The notes under the pieces are model-generated. The model saw only the letters and a program-made list of their open reading frames with translations, had not been told where the DNA came from and ran no database searches. 64,000 bases of DNA from the IMG/VR virus record IMGVR_UViG_3300017731_000001; one strand, given 5' to 3'. The stretch comes from a virus. This document shows, piece by piece, positions 1 to 10,685 of the stretch; positions within the stretch are counted from its first letter, which is position 1, and every line of letters starts with the position of its first letter. A program made the position numbers and the translations under genes.

Positions 1-2
1 AA

Positions 3-3000
3 AGTGAAATCGACAAATCCAGTTTAAAAGAAGGAGATAGTGTCGAAATTATAGAAAGTAGTGGTAATAATCCAGGAAAAGTAGTATTTCCTACATCATC
101 TTCAAGTATTACTCATGTAGTTGATATTTCTCCCGATAAAAAATCAATTAGTTTAGATAATTTTACTTTTAATCCAAGTCCCAATGTAGAGTATAGTTTA
201 AGAAGAAAAATTAATAAAGCAAGAAGTACAGGTGCTCCCATAGAATATGGAAATTCTGCCATCTTAGGAGATGTTCAAAACGTATATACTGATAGCACAG
301 AAAATTTTGGATATGTTGCATCTAATTCTCTACCATCTTCAACAACAGGACTTACTACATTCTTTACATATGAAATAACTAAAGAAATTAATTCTGCGTT
401 TATAGATTCTGAAGTAAGTTTAGGAAATATTAATGAACTTAACAATTATACGACTATTACTTTTTCGGAAAATGCACCATTTCTTACTGGAGATAAAATA
501 TTATATAAACCAGATGTCGATCCTCTTGAAGGACTAGTTGAAGGATCATATTTTGTTGAAGTTCTAGCATCTAATAAAAAAACCATTAAATTATACAATT
601 CTTCATCTTTTATAGGATCGACGGATTTTGCAACTTTTTCAGTTCCAAGTTCTGGAATGAATAAGCATACTTTTACTTTATTTGAGCAGAGAATTGGAGA
701 AATAGGGGCACAAAAACTTCTTAAAAAATTCTCTATTCCTCCAAATAATAAAAATGGAAAAGGAGAATTGACCATACCAGGAACTACTGGTATGTTGATT
801 AATGGTGTTGAAGTTGTAAATTATAAATCAGAAGATAAAATTTATTATGGACCTTTAAATTCTATAAAGGTATTAAATGGTGGTAGCAATTATGATGTGA
901 TTAATTTGCCACAATTATCAGTTTCTGCTGGTTTGGGGACAACTGCATTATGTCGTCCGGTAATTCAGGGGTCTATTGAAAGAGTTGACATCGATACTCA
1001 GGATTTTGATATTGACAATGTTACTTCAATTAAAGTAATTGGTGGAAATGGTACTGGAGCCGATATTAGGGCAGTAGTTGGTAAAAGAGTTAGAGAAGTA
1101 AATTTTGATGGACAGTTAATATCGTCAAATGGTGGAGTAGATAACAATACAAATCAAATAACTTTCTTAACGGATCATAATTTTTCAGATGGTCAAGAAG
1201 TAATTTACGATTCTAACAGAAATACAGGAATTGGAGTTGGAATAGGAACTTCATCTCTAGTTGATGAAGGTTCTTATTTTGTAAAAATTGATAATAATAC
1301 GACAGTTCAATTATTTGAATCATATGATGATTATTCTTCAAATAGTAATGTTGTAGGTCTTAGTACTCTTTATACTACGGGTATTCATAAATTTAAAACA
1401 AAGGAAAAGACTAAAACAATTTCTTCTGTTGATGTAATTAATGGTGGAAGTGGATACACTAATAGAAAATTAATTGTTTCTCCAACGGGAATAACCACAT
1501 CAAATGGTTTGATTAGTTTTAAAAATCATGGATTTGCTGATGGTGATTTAATTCTTTATTCCACTGATGGAACATCAATTACTGGATTAACAACATCAAC
1601 AGGAATAACAACAACATCAGTTCAGTACCAAATAATAAAAGTTGATAATAATTCATTTAAACTTGCTAATGCTGGAGTTGGTGGAACATCCCCCCTAAAT
1701 TATCAAAATAACAATTTTGTTAAATTATCTTCAACGGGAGTTGGATATCAGAATTTCGCTTATCCTGATATTTCTGTTTCTATTGAATTTACATCTGTAG
1801 GCGTTGGAACAACTGTATCCACCAGAACATTATCAGCAACTCCTTTAGTAAAAGGTAGTATTATTGATGCATACATTTATGATGCAGGAACTGGATATGG
1901 ATCCAGTGCTATTAATTTTGAAAAGAAACCTTTAATTACTCTAAAAAGTGGAAAGAAAGCACAATTAAAACCCATCATAGTTGGTGGAATGGTTGATGTA
2001 GTAAATGTTCAGTTTGGAGGAGTGGAATATTTTTCTGTTCCTGACTTAGAAGTTATAGATTCCAGTGGATCTGGATCTGGTGCTTTATTGAGACCGGTCA
2101 TATCAACATCCGGAAAAATAACAGATGTTAAAATTATTAACGCTGGTATAGGATACTCTAGTACTTCCACTTCCATTAAAGTTGTCCCTAGTGGGTCTGG
2201 TGCTATTTTTGACACTGAAGTTAGATCGTTGAGTGTTAATAATATTCATAAGTACGGAAATGAAATATTAAGAGAGACTAAAAACAAATTGCAATATACT
2301 ATTTCTGGATATTATACTGAGTTAAGATCTACATTTAAAGATGTTCAGAGTAAAGTTTCTGGAATAATTGGTTGGGCATACGATGGAAATCCGATATACG
2401 GACCATATGCAAACTCTGATGTGTTGGATACAAGTTCTGGTCCAATACGTTTAGAATCTGGATACACCAGTAATTCTTCTAGAATTATTGATAGACCCAT
2501 GGGATTTGATGATGGATTTTTTATTGAGGATTACGAATATACAAATTCTGGAGATTTGGATAGACACAATGGTAGATTTACAAAAACAGTAGATTTTCCT
2601 AACGGTGTTTATGCGTATTTTGCCACCATTGACAGCAATGGAAACCCACAATTCCCATATTTTATCGGAGACAAATATAGGACAAATACTTTAGAAGAAA
2701 ATAAACTTTTAAATCAAGAATTTAATTTTACAAATTCTAATTTACTTAGAAATACTTTCCCATATAAAGTATCCGACCCTTTTGCAAATAATGACTTTTT
2801 AATTGAAACCAATGAAATTTCAAGACAAAAATCAGTTATTGAATCTGTCACAGAAGGACCAATAGAAAAAATTGATATTCTCAATTCGGGCACAGGTTAT
2901 AAAGTAAATGATTCTTTAAATTTTGATAATAATGAAACTAATGGTGATGGGGTTATTGCAAAAATAACTTCAATTTTAGGAAAAAATGTATATAATATAC

Positions 3001-6000
3001 AAACTTCGATAGAAACTTATGATGATGCCATTTTTACTTGGAATGGAGAAAATGAGATAAAAGTTTCAATTTTACCTCAACATAATCTCAGAGATAAAGA
3101 GTATGTAACTATTTCCGGATTTAGTAGTGATTTATCTCAATTAAATAATAATTTTCAGATTGGAATCAGTTCTTTTTACTCCAATCTTTCCTCACCAATA
3201 GTTGGGTCCGATGCATCTCCTGGAGCAGCAACTACGGAGATATACGTATCTCAAATTCCAAGTTCCGTTTCTGCCGGAAGTAGTGTTGGAATTGGATCCG
3301 AAACTTTACAAATATTAAATATATTTCCCAATCTGAATATTCTCAGAGTTAAGAGAGGTTTAGTCGGAACTTCTCATACTACCACCACAAAAATTGAATA
3401 TATTCCAGATTCTTTTACAATATCAAAGAATGCGAGTTATTTTGAGTCTTCAGTAAATGATAAAGCATACTTCAACCCTAAAGAATCAGTAGGTGTTGGC
3501 ACGATTGTTGGAATATCAAGTTCAATGACTTTTGAATTTGGTGATTCTTCTGTGACAAGAGATATTCTAACACAAAGAATTTATATTGAAAATCATCCAT
3601 TTATAACCAATCAACCTGTCAATTTGATTGTTCCGGCTGGTGGCGCAATTTCAATTTCCAACACATCTTTAAGCACTCCATATAACTTACCAATATCAGG
3701 AGTTACTACCACAGTATATGTTGTAAAAAAGACAATAAATTCTATTGGTATTAAAACAGGAATTGGAAATGAATTTAAGGAAGTATTTTTCCGCAATAAC
3801 GGAACTGATAGTGATGAATATTTATTTGAAAGTATTAGTCCACAAAAAAAATCAAAAGTTCAAAGAATTAATTCAGTTGTTTCAATTTCAACTGTTGGTC
3901 TGAATACGGTAGATCCCGGACAAACTTATCATAAATTGTCCTCTGGAGATAAAATTACTTTAAATGTTCAACCTAAAATTTTTGGAGGAATAGGAACGGA
4001 TACATCAGTAATTGTAAAGAGAGACACTCTTACTGATAGTCTCATTGTAAATCCAATTACCATTGATCCTTCTAATATTGATTCTGTAACTAATCAGATT
4101 ACAATCAATTCTCATAAATTAGAAACAGGTCAAAAAGTAAGTTATGCTGCATCTTTACCTGCTTCCGGACTATCTACCGGGTCTTACTATGTCTATAGAA
4201 TAAATGAAAATATTATTCAACTTTCCGAGACATACATTAACTCTACATCAAATCCACCCAATGTAGTGAGTATTGCAAACACTGGTGGCGGAACACAAAC
4301 AATTTCTCCAATAAATCCAAAAATTAAGATAGTCAAAAATAATAGTTTAGTTTTTGATCTGTCAGATTCCTCTTTAGATGGATATCTATTAAAAATTTAT
4401 TATGATAATCAATTTAATAATGAATTTGTCTCTACTGGTTCAACTAGTGGAATAACTATTGCGGGTGTAGGAACTGTCGGTGTTAGTGCTAATGCCAAGT
4501 TGACTCTCAATTATAACACTGACAATTCTACCAATATTTTACCAGAAAAATTATATTATAACTTAGAAAAATCTGGATATATTAGCACTGCAGATGCCGA
4601 GGTTAATAATTATTCGGAAATAGAATATATTAAAAGTTCTTACAATTCTACATATCCTATTTCAGGAATTGGAGAAACGACATTTAATGTTGCACTTAAT
4701 GAAATTCCAGAAAAACTATCTTATGAATCATCCGAATGTTCTACTTTGGAATATTCTACAACTTCATTAAATGCAGATGGACCAATTGAAAAAATTAATA
4801 TTGTTTCTGGAGGGGCTGGATATAAAAAATTACCAAATTATGTTGGTTCTTCAAATACCACAGCAAAAGATGCTAATTTGATTGCATCTTCCAAATCTGT
4901 TGGTAATACAAAAAATGTGAGAATAATTAATGAAGGATTTGAATATTCTTCTGATAGAACTTTACAACCAAAAGCAAATATACCAGCAATAGTTACAATT
5001 AAAAATTCAAATACTATTGGAATAGTTACAGTTATTAATGGAGGAAAAAATTACACAGAATCTCCAAGAGTAGTGATAGTAGACACTGGTACTGGACAAT
5101 CAATTGATAGAGGAATTTTATCAGCAAGTATTGTTGGAAACTCTATTAGTTCAGTAGATGTTCTTCAGTCACCTAAAGGTCTTCCTGATAAATCAACAGA
5201 ATTATTTACTGTAGAGAATACAAATGGAATTAGCATCCAAAGAGTCATCCAAGAAACAGACACTAGGTTTGTTTGTAGAATAACAACACCGGCTCTCGGA
5301 TTTAGTACTAGTTCATTTAGTGTTGGAGAAAAAGTTTTTATTGAGGGAATTCAAAAAGTTGGTGCTGCAGGTTCTGGATTTAACTCTGAAGATTATGGAT
5401 ATAAATTCTTCACTGTCAGTGAATATAAAAACTCTAAATTTGTTGGAGGTATAACTCAAGATGAGGTTACAATTGATCTGAGTGAATTTACAACTAACAT
5501 AGGAACTGCCAAGACAATTCAAGATTCTCTTGGAAATATAATTAAAAAATCTGATTATCCAACTTTTGACATTGTTCAAGAAATATCTGAATTTACTTTA
5601 GGAGAAAAATTATCTATCAATGGACAAAATTCTAACTTAATAGTTTCTGGACTTAATCCAGGATCTATAAAAATTTCCGGAGATGATAATGAAGATATAG
5701 TTGTTGGTGATATTCTTACAGGACAAGTAAGTTCAAATATTGCTACTATAGATCACATTGTTAGAAATAATGGTAGATTTGAAGTTAGTTTCTCTAATAA
5801 AAAAAGAATAGGATGGGATAATAACATTGGTAAACTAAGTTCGGACGATCAAGTAATTCCTGATAACGATTATTATCAAAATCTTTCATATACAGTTAAG
5901 AGTCCTATTGAGTGGAGAGAATTTAGAACTCCTGTTAATAGTCTTGTTCATACTAGTGGTCTTAAGAATTTTGGTGATCTTGGAATATCTTCAACAGCAA

Positions 6001-9000
6001 ATGCTGGTATTGGTAGCACAACTGCATTTACTATAGTACGTGATCTTTTAGAAGAACTTAGAGTAGATACCATTTATAATTTTGACAATGTTCTTGATAT
6101 TGATGTTGTTGGATCTCAATCCAAATTCTTAAAATTACAAAATAGAAAATTAACTGATTTTACTTTATCAAAAAGTAATGTAGTTTTAAAAATTGATGAT
6201 ATCAGTGACACATTTTCTAATTCAAACAATATTGAAGATACTGATGTTAAAGATCTTTTCACATTTGCTAGTTCAGATTCCTTTGATGATGTTTTGGTTA
6301 GAGTAACTAATTCTAATAATAGCCAAATTCAATTAGCAGATTTTACTATTATTAGTGATAATAGCGGAGGCAATTTCTTATTAGAAAAAGGAAATATTGC
6401 TAATATTGGGTCAGCTTTAACTTCTGTAGTGGGTGAGGATTATGGAAGTTTTTCTGTGACGGATACAAATACATTAAGGTTTGCACCCAAAGATCCGGAT
6501 AATATTGATTATAATTTTAAATTTATTAAAAACACTTTTGGATCTGCAACTTCTGGTGTTGGAACCACATCCATCGGATTTATAAATCTAACTGGTTTTA
6601 GTGGTGTTGTAACTTCTGGTGGTTCTGGAATAACCAGTTCTATTATCGGAGTTGCTACTGATAAATTTACTTCATTACATGTTAATACTCAAATTATTCA
6701 GTCTAATACAAATGAACTGAATTTTGTAGAATTGTATATTACCCATAATGGTACAGATACTTTCTTATCAGAGTATTATTTTGATACTAATGAAAATGCT
6801 TCATCTTTCAATTTTATCGGTTCTTTTGGTGCTGATATTAGTTCTGGAGTTTTAAATCTAAGTTATACTAATGATACTGCAAATGATGTTCAACTGAGAT
6901 CTAAGATTGTTGGATTTGGAACCACCTCAGTGGGAGTTGGAACACATAGATTTATCTTACCATCTCAACCAGAAGGATCTGAAAGAAGTGCAATAATCAA
7001 ATCTGCATATGAAACTACAGTTTCAGCGGCCGCGACAACAGTCATAAGTTTTGATAGAAATCTATTCAACTCAGTTAAATCTTTAGTTGAAGTAAGTATG
7101 GGGTCTACAAAAGCAGTTCATAATGTATTGGCTTTACAAGACAATACTTTTGATAATTATGTTCAACAATCATCTTTCCTTTCTGCTGGGGGAATAGGAG
7201 TAACTGATGCACAGAGTGGAATGGGAACATTTGGTGTGGAATATTCTGGAGAAAACTTTATACTTAAATTCTATCCAGATGCTGCAATGACATCATCTTT
7301 ACAAGTTTCGTCTCTCAACGAAATGTTGTATACAGAATTAGATTTAAATAATACTGCACCCATTCATCAATATGGCGACATAACACAATCTTTAAATGCT
7401 GAATTCTATAATGCGGTAAATGGAAGTAGAATTGATAAAACTGATTTTATAGCACAATCTAATGGAATTCCAATTTTTGGAAAAACTTTTAACCCAACTA
7501 ACCCTTTACAATTAAATCTCAGTACTGGCGTATTTACAATTGACAATCACTTCTTCAGAACTGGCGAAGCTCTTTCATATACTCCCCAATCAACTTTTGT
7601 TGGAGTTGGGTCAACTGCAATGACGTATGGTACTGGAACGCCTTTACCATCAGTTGTATATGCAATTAGAGAAAATGATGATGAATTTAAACTTGCCACA
7701 ACTAGAGCAAATGCGGAAGCAGGTGTAAATGTATCTTTCGGATCATCTGGTGAAGGAAATGCTCATGAATTGTCAATGTTATTAGGTAATGAAAAAACAT
7801 TAATAACCATAGACAGTATAGCACAATACCCACTGAAGTTTACTCCAATTGCACATACACTATCAGGAAACCCTGGGGGTCAGATTGGAACCACATCCAC
7901 ATTTTTGAGTTTAAGTGGAATTTCTTCAATAACCCCGACAGATTTAATAAAAATTAATGATGAATATATGAAGATTATAAGTGTTGGTATTGGAACTACA
8001 GCAGTTGGACCAATAACTGGAATAGGTCAGTCATCTTTGGTTGAAGTCAAGAGAGGAGTAGTTGGTTCCACAGCAACATCTCATTCTGCTGGGAATGAAG
8101 TTAGAGTATATAAAGGTTCGTATAATATTTCCGGTAGAAATATTCACTTTGTTGATCCTCCAAAAGGAAACACTTCAGTTAAAAAAGATGTAAGTAATCT
8201 CGAACCAGCAAAATCAGATTTTACTGGCAGAGTTTATCTTAGAAATAATTATGATACAAATCAAATATATGACGATATTTCTAATCAATTTACTGGAATA
8301 GGGGCAACATTTACATTGACTGTTGGTGGAGCAAACACTACTGGAATTGGAAGTACTGGTGGTAATGGCATTCTGTTTATAAATGGCATTTTCCAGACTC
8401 CTTCAACAGCCAATAATCCGGATAATAATTTTTCGTTAAATGATGAAAGTACTGTGGGTGTAACAAGTGTTACCTTCAGTGGAATAACTTCTACGGATGG
8501 AACTAAGTATTTGTCAAATACTGATTATAATGCAAATCAATTGCCGAGAGGAGGAGTAATTGTTTCCCTAGGATCCTCTGGTGGACTTGGATATGCACCC
8601 CTAGTTGGTGCTGCTGTGAGTGCCGTAGTTGGTGCCGGTGGTTCTATAGCAGGATTTACCACAGCATTAACTGGTGGTTCTTTTGGGTCTGGATATAATG
8701 GAATAGTATCAATAGGTGTGAGTGTTCATGAGAGTGGGCATACTGGTGCTGCTGCAGTAGTATCAGCAACTGCTCTAGTTGGAGCCGGTGGAAGTTTATC
8801 TCTTATCGTAGTTGGAAATGGAGGATCGGGATATTCAAATCCAGAAGTAATTGTTTCAGAACCAACTTATGAAGGTCTTGAGATAGAAGGAATTTCTAGA
8901 TTAGGATTTGGTAATACTACACTAACTGGTGTTAATTTATTGGTTGATATTGAGGTAGGTGCTGCAACAACAAGTGGAATAGGTTCTGATACATTTGAAG

Positions 9001-10637
9001 TTTCAAACTTTAAAATTGCAAGAAATGGATATGGATTCAGAAAAGGAGATATTATTAGACCAGTTGGTTTAGTCACACATAGTACTCTTTCATCAGCAAC
9101 TTCCGAATTTTTATTGACAGTTGATGATGTATACAACGATTCAATTGGAGCATGGCAATTTGGTGAATTTGATTACATAGATTCAATTAAAAATTTCCAA
9201 GATTCTAGTAGAACTAGATTCCCACTTTTCTATAATGACGAACTTATAAGTTTTGAAGCACAGGAAGGAACACAAGTAAATCTTGCTAATGCATTATTAA
9301 TTGTAATTAACGGCATTATTCAAGATCCTGGAGTTGCATATTTCTTTGAAGGTGGAACTTCATTCAGTTTTATTGAAGCACCTAAACCAGAAGATAATAT
9401 TGATATTTTCTTCTATAGAGGAACCAGGAATGGTGATGATCAATTGGTCACAAGTATCAATCAAACCATCAAACGGGGCGATTTGGTACAGGTTTATAAA
9501 AATAATGCAATTAATGGAACAATATCACAAAATAAAAGAACTGTATTTGACTTATCATTCTCGGATAAATTCGAAACAAACTTATATTCTGGCAACGGAA
9601 TTGATGAGACAAATTACAAACCACTTGCATGGACAAAACAAAAAATAGATAAAATTATTAATGGTGAAATTGTTTATAAGTCCAGAGATTCTATAGAGAC
9701 ACAAGTATTCCCGACTGCTAAAATTATCAATACGGTAGAAAGCAGCGATACTGAAGTATTTGTAGAAAATTTGAAGTTGTTTGATTATGATTCTGCCAGT
9801 GATTTTAGTGGTTTGATTGTTAGTGGTTCTACAGATCCAGTAGCAGCTGCTATAACGGCCACTGTTTCGACTGCAGGAACTATCACTGGATATACAATTT
9901 CATCTGGTGGTAGTGGATATACCTCAATTCCGACTATTTCAGTTGTTGCTCCGCCAGAAGTTGGAGTTGGAGTAGGAACAACTGCGACTGCGACTGCCAC
10001 TATTTCTGCCGGTGCAGTTTCATCAATTTTAGTTAATAATCCAGGACTTGGATATACGATTGCTCCACAGGTTATCGTATCTCTTCCAAATCCAACTTAT
10101 GAGAATATATCTAGCATTGACGTAATTCAAGGTTTTAGTGGTATTGTTACTGGAATTACTACCGTAAATGCTCAGGGAATAGGAACATTAGCAATTCAAT
10201 TTAACTTACATAGATTAGATAGCATATCAAATTACAATAATCTTGTTGTTGGATATCCAATTTACATCTATGATACTTCAGTCGGAAATGGCGTAACTTC
10301 AATTGCTAATAATGATTTATCTGTTGTTGGTGTTGGTACAACTTTCGTAGATAATGTATACTTCATTCAGGAAATATCTAACGTTGGTCTTGCGGGTTCT
10401 ATTGTTTGTTATGTAAATTCAGGAACTTCAGTTGTTGGTATTGCAACAACATCAAATTCGAGCAATCCTGTTGGAAGATTCTCATGGGGAAGATTTGCTG
10501 GAATAAGTAGATCTAGTTCCCCAGTTTCTATAGCAGTAACTGGAAATACTGTTGATGTTGGATTGACAACTTTCCCAACAATTCAGAGAAGAGGTACTGG
10601 ATTAAGGGATGGAGGAGCACTTCCAAAAAATATATAA
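3..10637 (+). CDS. gp7: Giant baseplate wedge protein (gp7-like baseplate wedge initiator), 5'-truncated by the window
   Basis: The frame of the 657..10637 ORF reads open from base 3 (SEIDKSSLKEGD...YVASNSLP), so the real start lies upstream. Over 3500 aa with GxGY repeats, H-x-F/L-x-x-G-x-x-V/I repeats and a YHYH-like segment. It lies immediately upstream of gp8, as in cyanomyoviruses. Confidence 0.8.
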   Translation, partial: SEIDKSSLKEGDSVEIIESSGNNPGKVVFPTSSSSITHVVDISPDKKSISLDNFTFNPSPNVEYSLRRKINKARSTGAPIEYGNSAILGDVQNVYTDSTENFGYVASNSLPSSTTGLTTFFTYEITKEINSAFIDSEVSLGNINELNNYTTITFSENAPFLTGDKILYKPDVDPLEGLVEGSYFVEVLASNKKTIKLYNSSSFIGSTDFATFSVPSSGMNKHTFTLFEQRIGEIGAQKLLKKFSIPPNNKNGKGELTIPGTTGMLINGVEVVNYKSEDKIYYGPLNSIKVLNGGSNYDVINLPQLSVSAGLGTTALCRPVIQGSIERVDIDTQDFDIDNVTSIKVIGGNGTGADIRAVVGKRVREVNFDGQLISSNGGVDNNTNQITFLTDHNFSDGQEVIYDSNRNTGIGVGIGTSSLVDEGSYFVKIDNNTTVQLFESYDDYSSNSNVVGLSTLYTTGIHKFKTKEKTKTISSVDVINGGSGYTNRKLIVSPTGITTSNGLISFKNHGFADGDLILYSTDGTSITGLTTSTGITTTSVQYQIIKVDNNSFKLANAGVGGTSPLNYQNNNFVKLSSTGVGYQNFAYPDISVSIEFTSVGVGTTVSTRTLSATPLVKGSIIDAYIYDAGTGYGSSAINFEKKPLITLKSGKKAQLKPIIVGGMVDVVNVQFGGVEYFSVPDLEVIDSSGSGSGALLRPVISTSGKITDVKIINAGIGYSSTSTSIKVVPSGSGAIFDTEVRSLSVNNIHKYGNEILRETKNKLQYTISGYYTELRSTFKDVQSKVSGIIGWAYDGNPIYGPYANSDVLDTSSGPIRLESGYTSNSSRIIDRPMGFDDGFFIEDYEYTNSGDLDRHNGRFTKTVDFPNGVYAYFATIDSNGNPQFPYFIGDKYRTNTLEENKLLNQEFNFTNSNLLRNTFPYKVSDPFANNDFLIETNEISRQKSVIESVTEGPIEKIDILNSGTGYKVNDSLNFDNNETNGDGVIAKITSILGKNVYNIQTSIETYDDAIFTWNGENEIKVSILPQHNLRDKEYVTISGFSSDLSQLNNNFQIGISSFYSNLSSPIVGSDASPGAATTEIYVSQIPSSVSAGSSVGIGSETLQILNIFPNLNILRVKRGLVGTSHTTTTKIEYIPDSFTISKNASYFESSVNDKAYFNPKESVGVGTIVGISSSMTFEFGDSSVTRDILTQRIYIENHPFITNQPVNLIVPAGGAISISNTSLSTPYNLPISGVTTTVYVVKKTINSIGIKTGIGNEFKEVFFRNNGTDSDEYLFESISPQKKSKVQRINSVVSISTVGLNTVDPGQTYHKLSSGDKITLNVQPKIFGGIGTDTSVIVKRDTLTDSLIVNPITIDPSNIDSVTNQITINSHKLETGQKVSYAASLPASGLSTGSYYVYRINENIIQLSETYINSTSNPPNVVSIANTGGGTQTISPINPKIKIVKNNSLVFDLSDSSLDGYLLKIYYDNQFNNEFVSTGSTSGITIAGVGTVGVSANAKLTLNYNTDNSTNILPEKLYYNLEKSGYISTADAEVNNYSEIEYIKSSYNSTYPISGIGETTFNVALNEIPEKLSYESSECSTLEYSTTSLNADGPIEKINIVSGGAGYKKLPNYVGSSNTTAKDANLIASSKSVGNTKNVRIINEGFEYSSDRTLQPKANIPAIVTIKNSNTIGIVTVINGGKNYTESPRVVIVDTGTGQSIDRGILSASIVGNSISSVDVLQSPKGLPDKSTELFTVENTNGISIQRVIQETDTRFVCRITTPALGFSTSSFSVGEKVFIEGIQKVGAAGSGFNSEDYGYKFFTVSEYKNSKFVGGITQDEVTIDLSEFTTNIGTAKTIQDSLGNIIKKSDYPTFDIVQEISEFTLGEKLSINGQNSNLIVSGLNPGSIKISGDDNEDIVVGDILTGQVSSNIATIDHIVRNNGRFEVSFSNKKRIGWDNNIGKLSSDDQVIPDNDYYQNLSYTVKSPIEWREFRTPVNSLVHTSGLKNFGDLGISSTANAGIGSTTAFTIVRDLLEELRVDTIYNFDNVLDIDVVGSQSKFLKLQNRKLTDFTLSKSNVVLKIDDISDTFSNSNNIEDTDVKDLFTFASSDSFDDVLVRVTNSNNSQIQLADFTIISDNSGGNFLLEKGNIANIGSALTSVVGEDYGSFSVTDTNTLRFAPKDPDNIDYNFKFIKNTFGSATSGVGTTSIGFINLTGFSGVVTSGGSGITSSIIGVATDKFTSLHVNTQIIQSNTNELNFVELYITHNGTDTFLSEYYFDTNENASSFNFIGSFGADISSGVLNLSYTNDTANDVQLRSKIVGFGTTSVGVGTHRFILPSQPEGSERSAIIKSAYETTVSAAATTVISFDRNLFNSVKSLVEVSMGSTKAVHNVLALQDNTFDNYVQQSSFLSAGGIGVTDAQSGMGTFGVEYSGENFILKFYPDAAMTSSLQVSSLNEMLYTELDLNNTAPIHQYGDITQSLNAEFYNAVNGSRIDKTDFIAQSNGIPIFGKTFNPTNPLQLNLSTGVFTIDNHFFRTGEALSYTPQSTFVGVGSTAMTYGTGTPLPSVVYAIRENDDEFKLATTRANAEAGVNVSFGSSGEGNAHELSMLLGNEKTLITIDSIAQYPLKFTPIAHTLSGNPGGQIGTTSTFLSLSGISSITPTDLIKINDEYMKIISVGIGTTAVGPITGIGQSSLVEVKRGVVGSTATSHSAGNEVRVYKGSYNISGRNIHFVDPPKGNTSVKKDVSNLEPAKSDFTGRVYLRNNYDTNQIYDDISNQFTGIGATFTLTVGGANTTGIGSTGGNGILFINGIFQTPSTANNPDNNFSLNDESTVGVTSVTFSGITSTDGTKYLSNTDYNANQLPRGGVIVSLGSSGGLGYAPLVGAAVSAVVGAGGSIAGFTTALTGGSFGSGYNGIVSIGVSVHESGHTGAAAVVSATALVGAGGSLSLIVVGNGGSGYSNPEVIVSEPTYEGLEIEGISRLGFGNTTLTGVNLLVDIEVGAATTSGIGSDTFEVSNFKIARNGYGFRKGDIIRPVGLVTHSTLSSATSEFLLTVDDVYNDSIGAWQFGEFDYIDSIKNFQDSSRTRFPLFYNDELISFEAQEGTQVNLANALLIVINGIIQDPGVAYFFEGGTSFSFIEAPKPEDNIDIFFYRGTRNGDDQLVTSINQTIKRGDLVQVYKNNAINGTISQNKRTVFDLSFSDKFETNLYSGNGIDETNYKPLAWTKQKIDKIINGEIVYKSRDSIETQVFPTAKIINTVESSDTEVFVENLKLFDYDSASDFSGLIVSGSTDPVAAAITATVSTAGTITGYTISSGGSGYTSIPTISVVAPPEVGVGVGTTATATATISAGAVSSILVNNPGLGYTIAPQVIVSLPNPTYENISSIDVIQGFSGIVTGITTVNAQGIGTLAIQFNLHRLDSISNYNNLVVGYPIYIYDTSVGNGVTSIANNDLSVVGVGTTFVDNVYFIQEISNVGLAGSIVCYVNSGTSVVGIATTSNSSNPVGRFSWGRFAGISRSSSPVSIAVTGNTVDVGLTTFPTIQRRGTGLRDGGALPKNI

Positions 10638-10660
10638 TGAATATATAATGACAATTCTCT

Positions 10661-10668
10661 TATAAATA
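10661..10668 (+). promoter_or_regulatory. T4-type late promoter TATAAATA upstream of gp8
   Basis: Exact TATAAATA 17 nt before the gp8 ATG. Shares the extended context TATAAATATCTAAA with the site at 19969. Confidence 0.85.
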
Positions 10669-10685
10669 TCTAAAAAACTATTAAT

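Noticed and set aside
10629-10650. 11 bp tandem duplication AATATATAATG at the gp7 stop
   Set aside because: Short AT-rich slippage duplication with no element between the copies.
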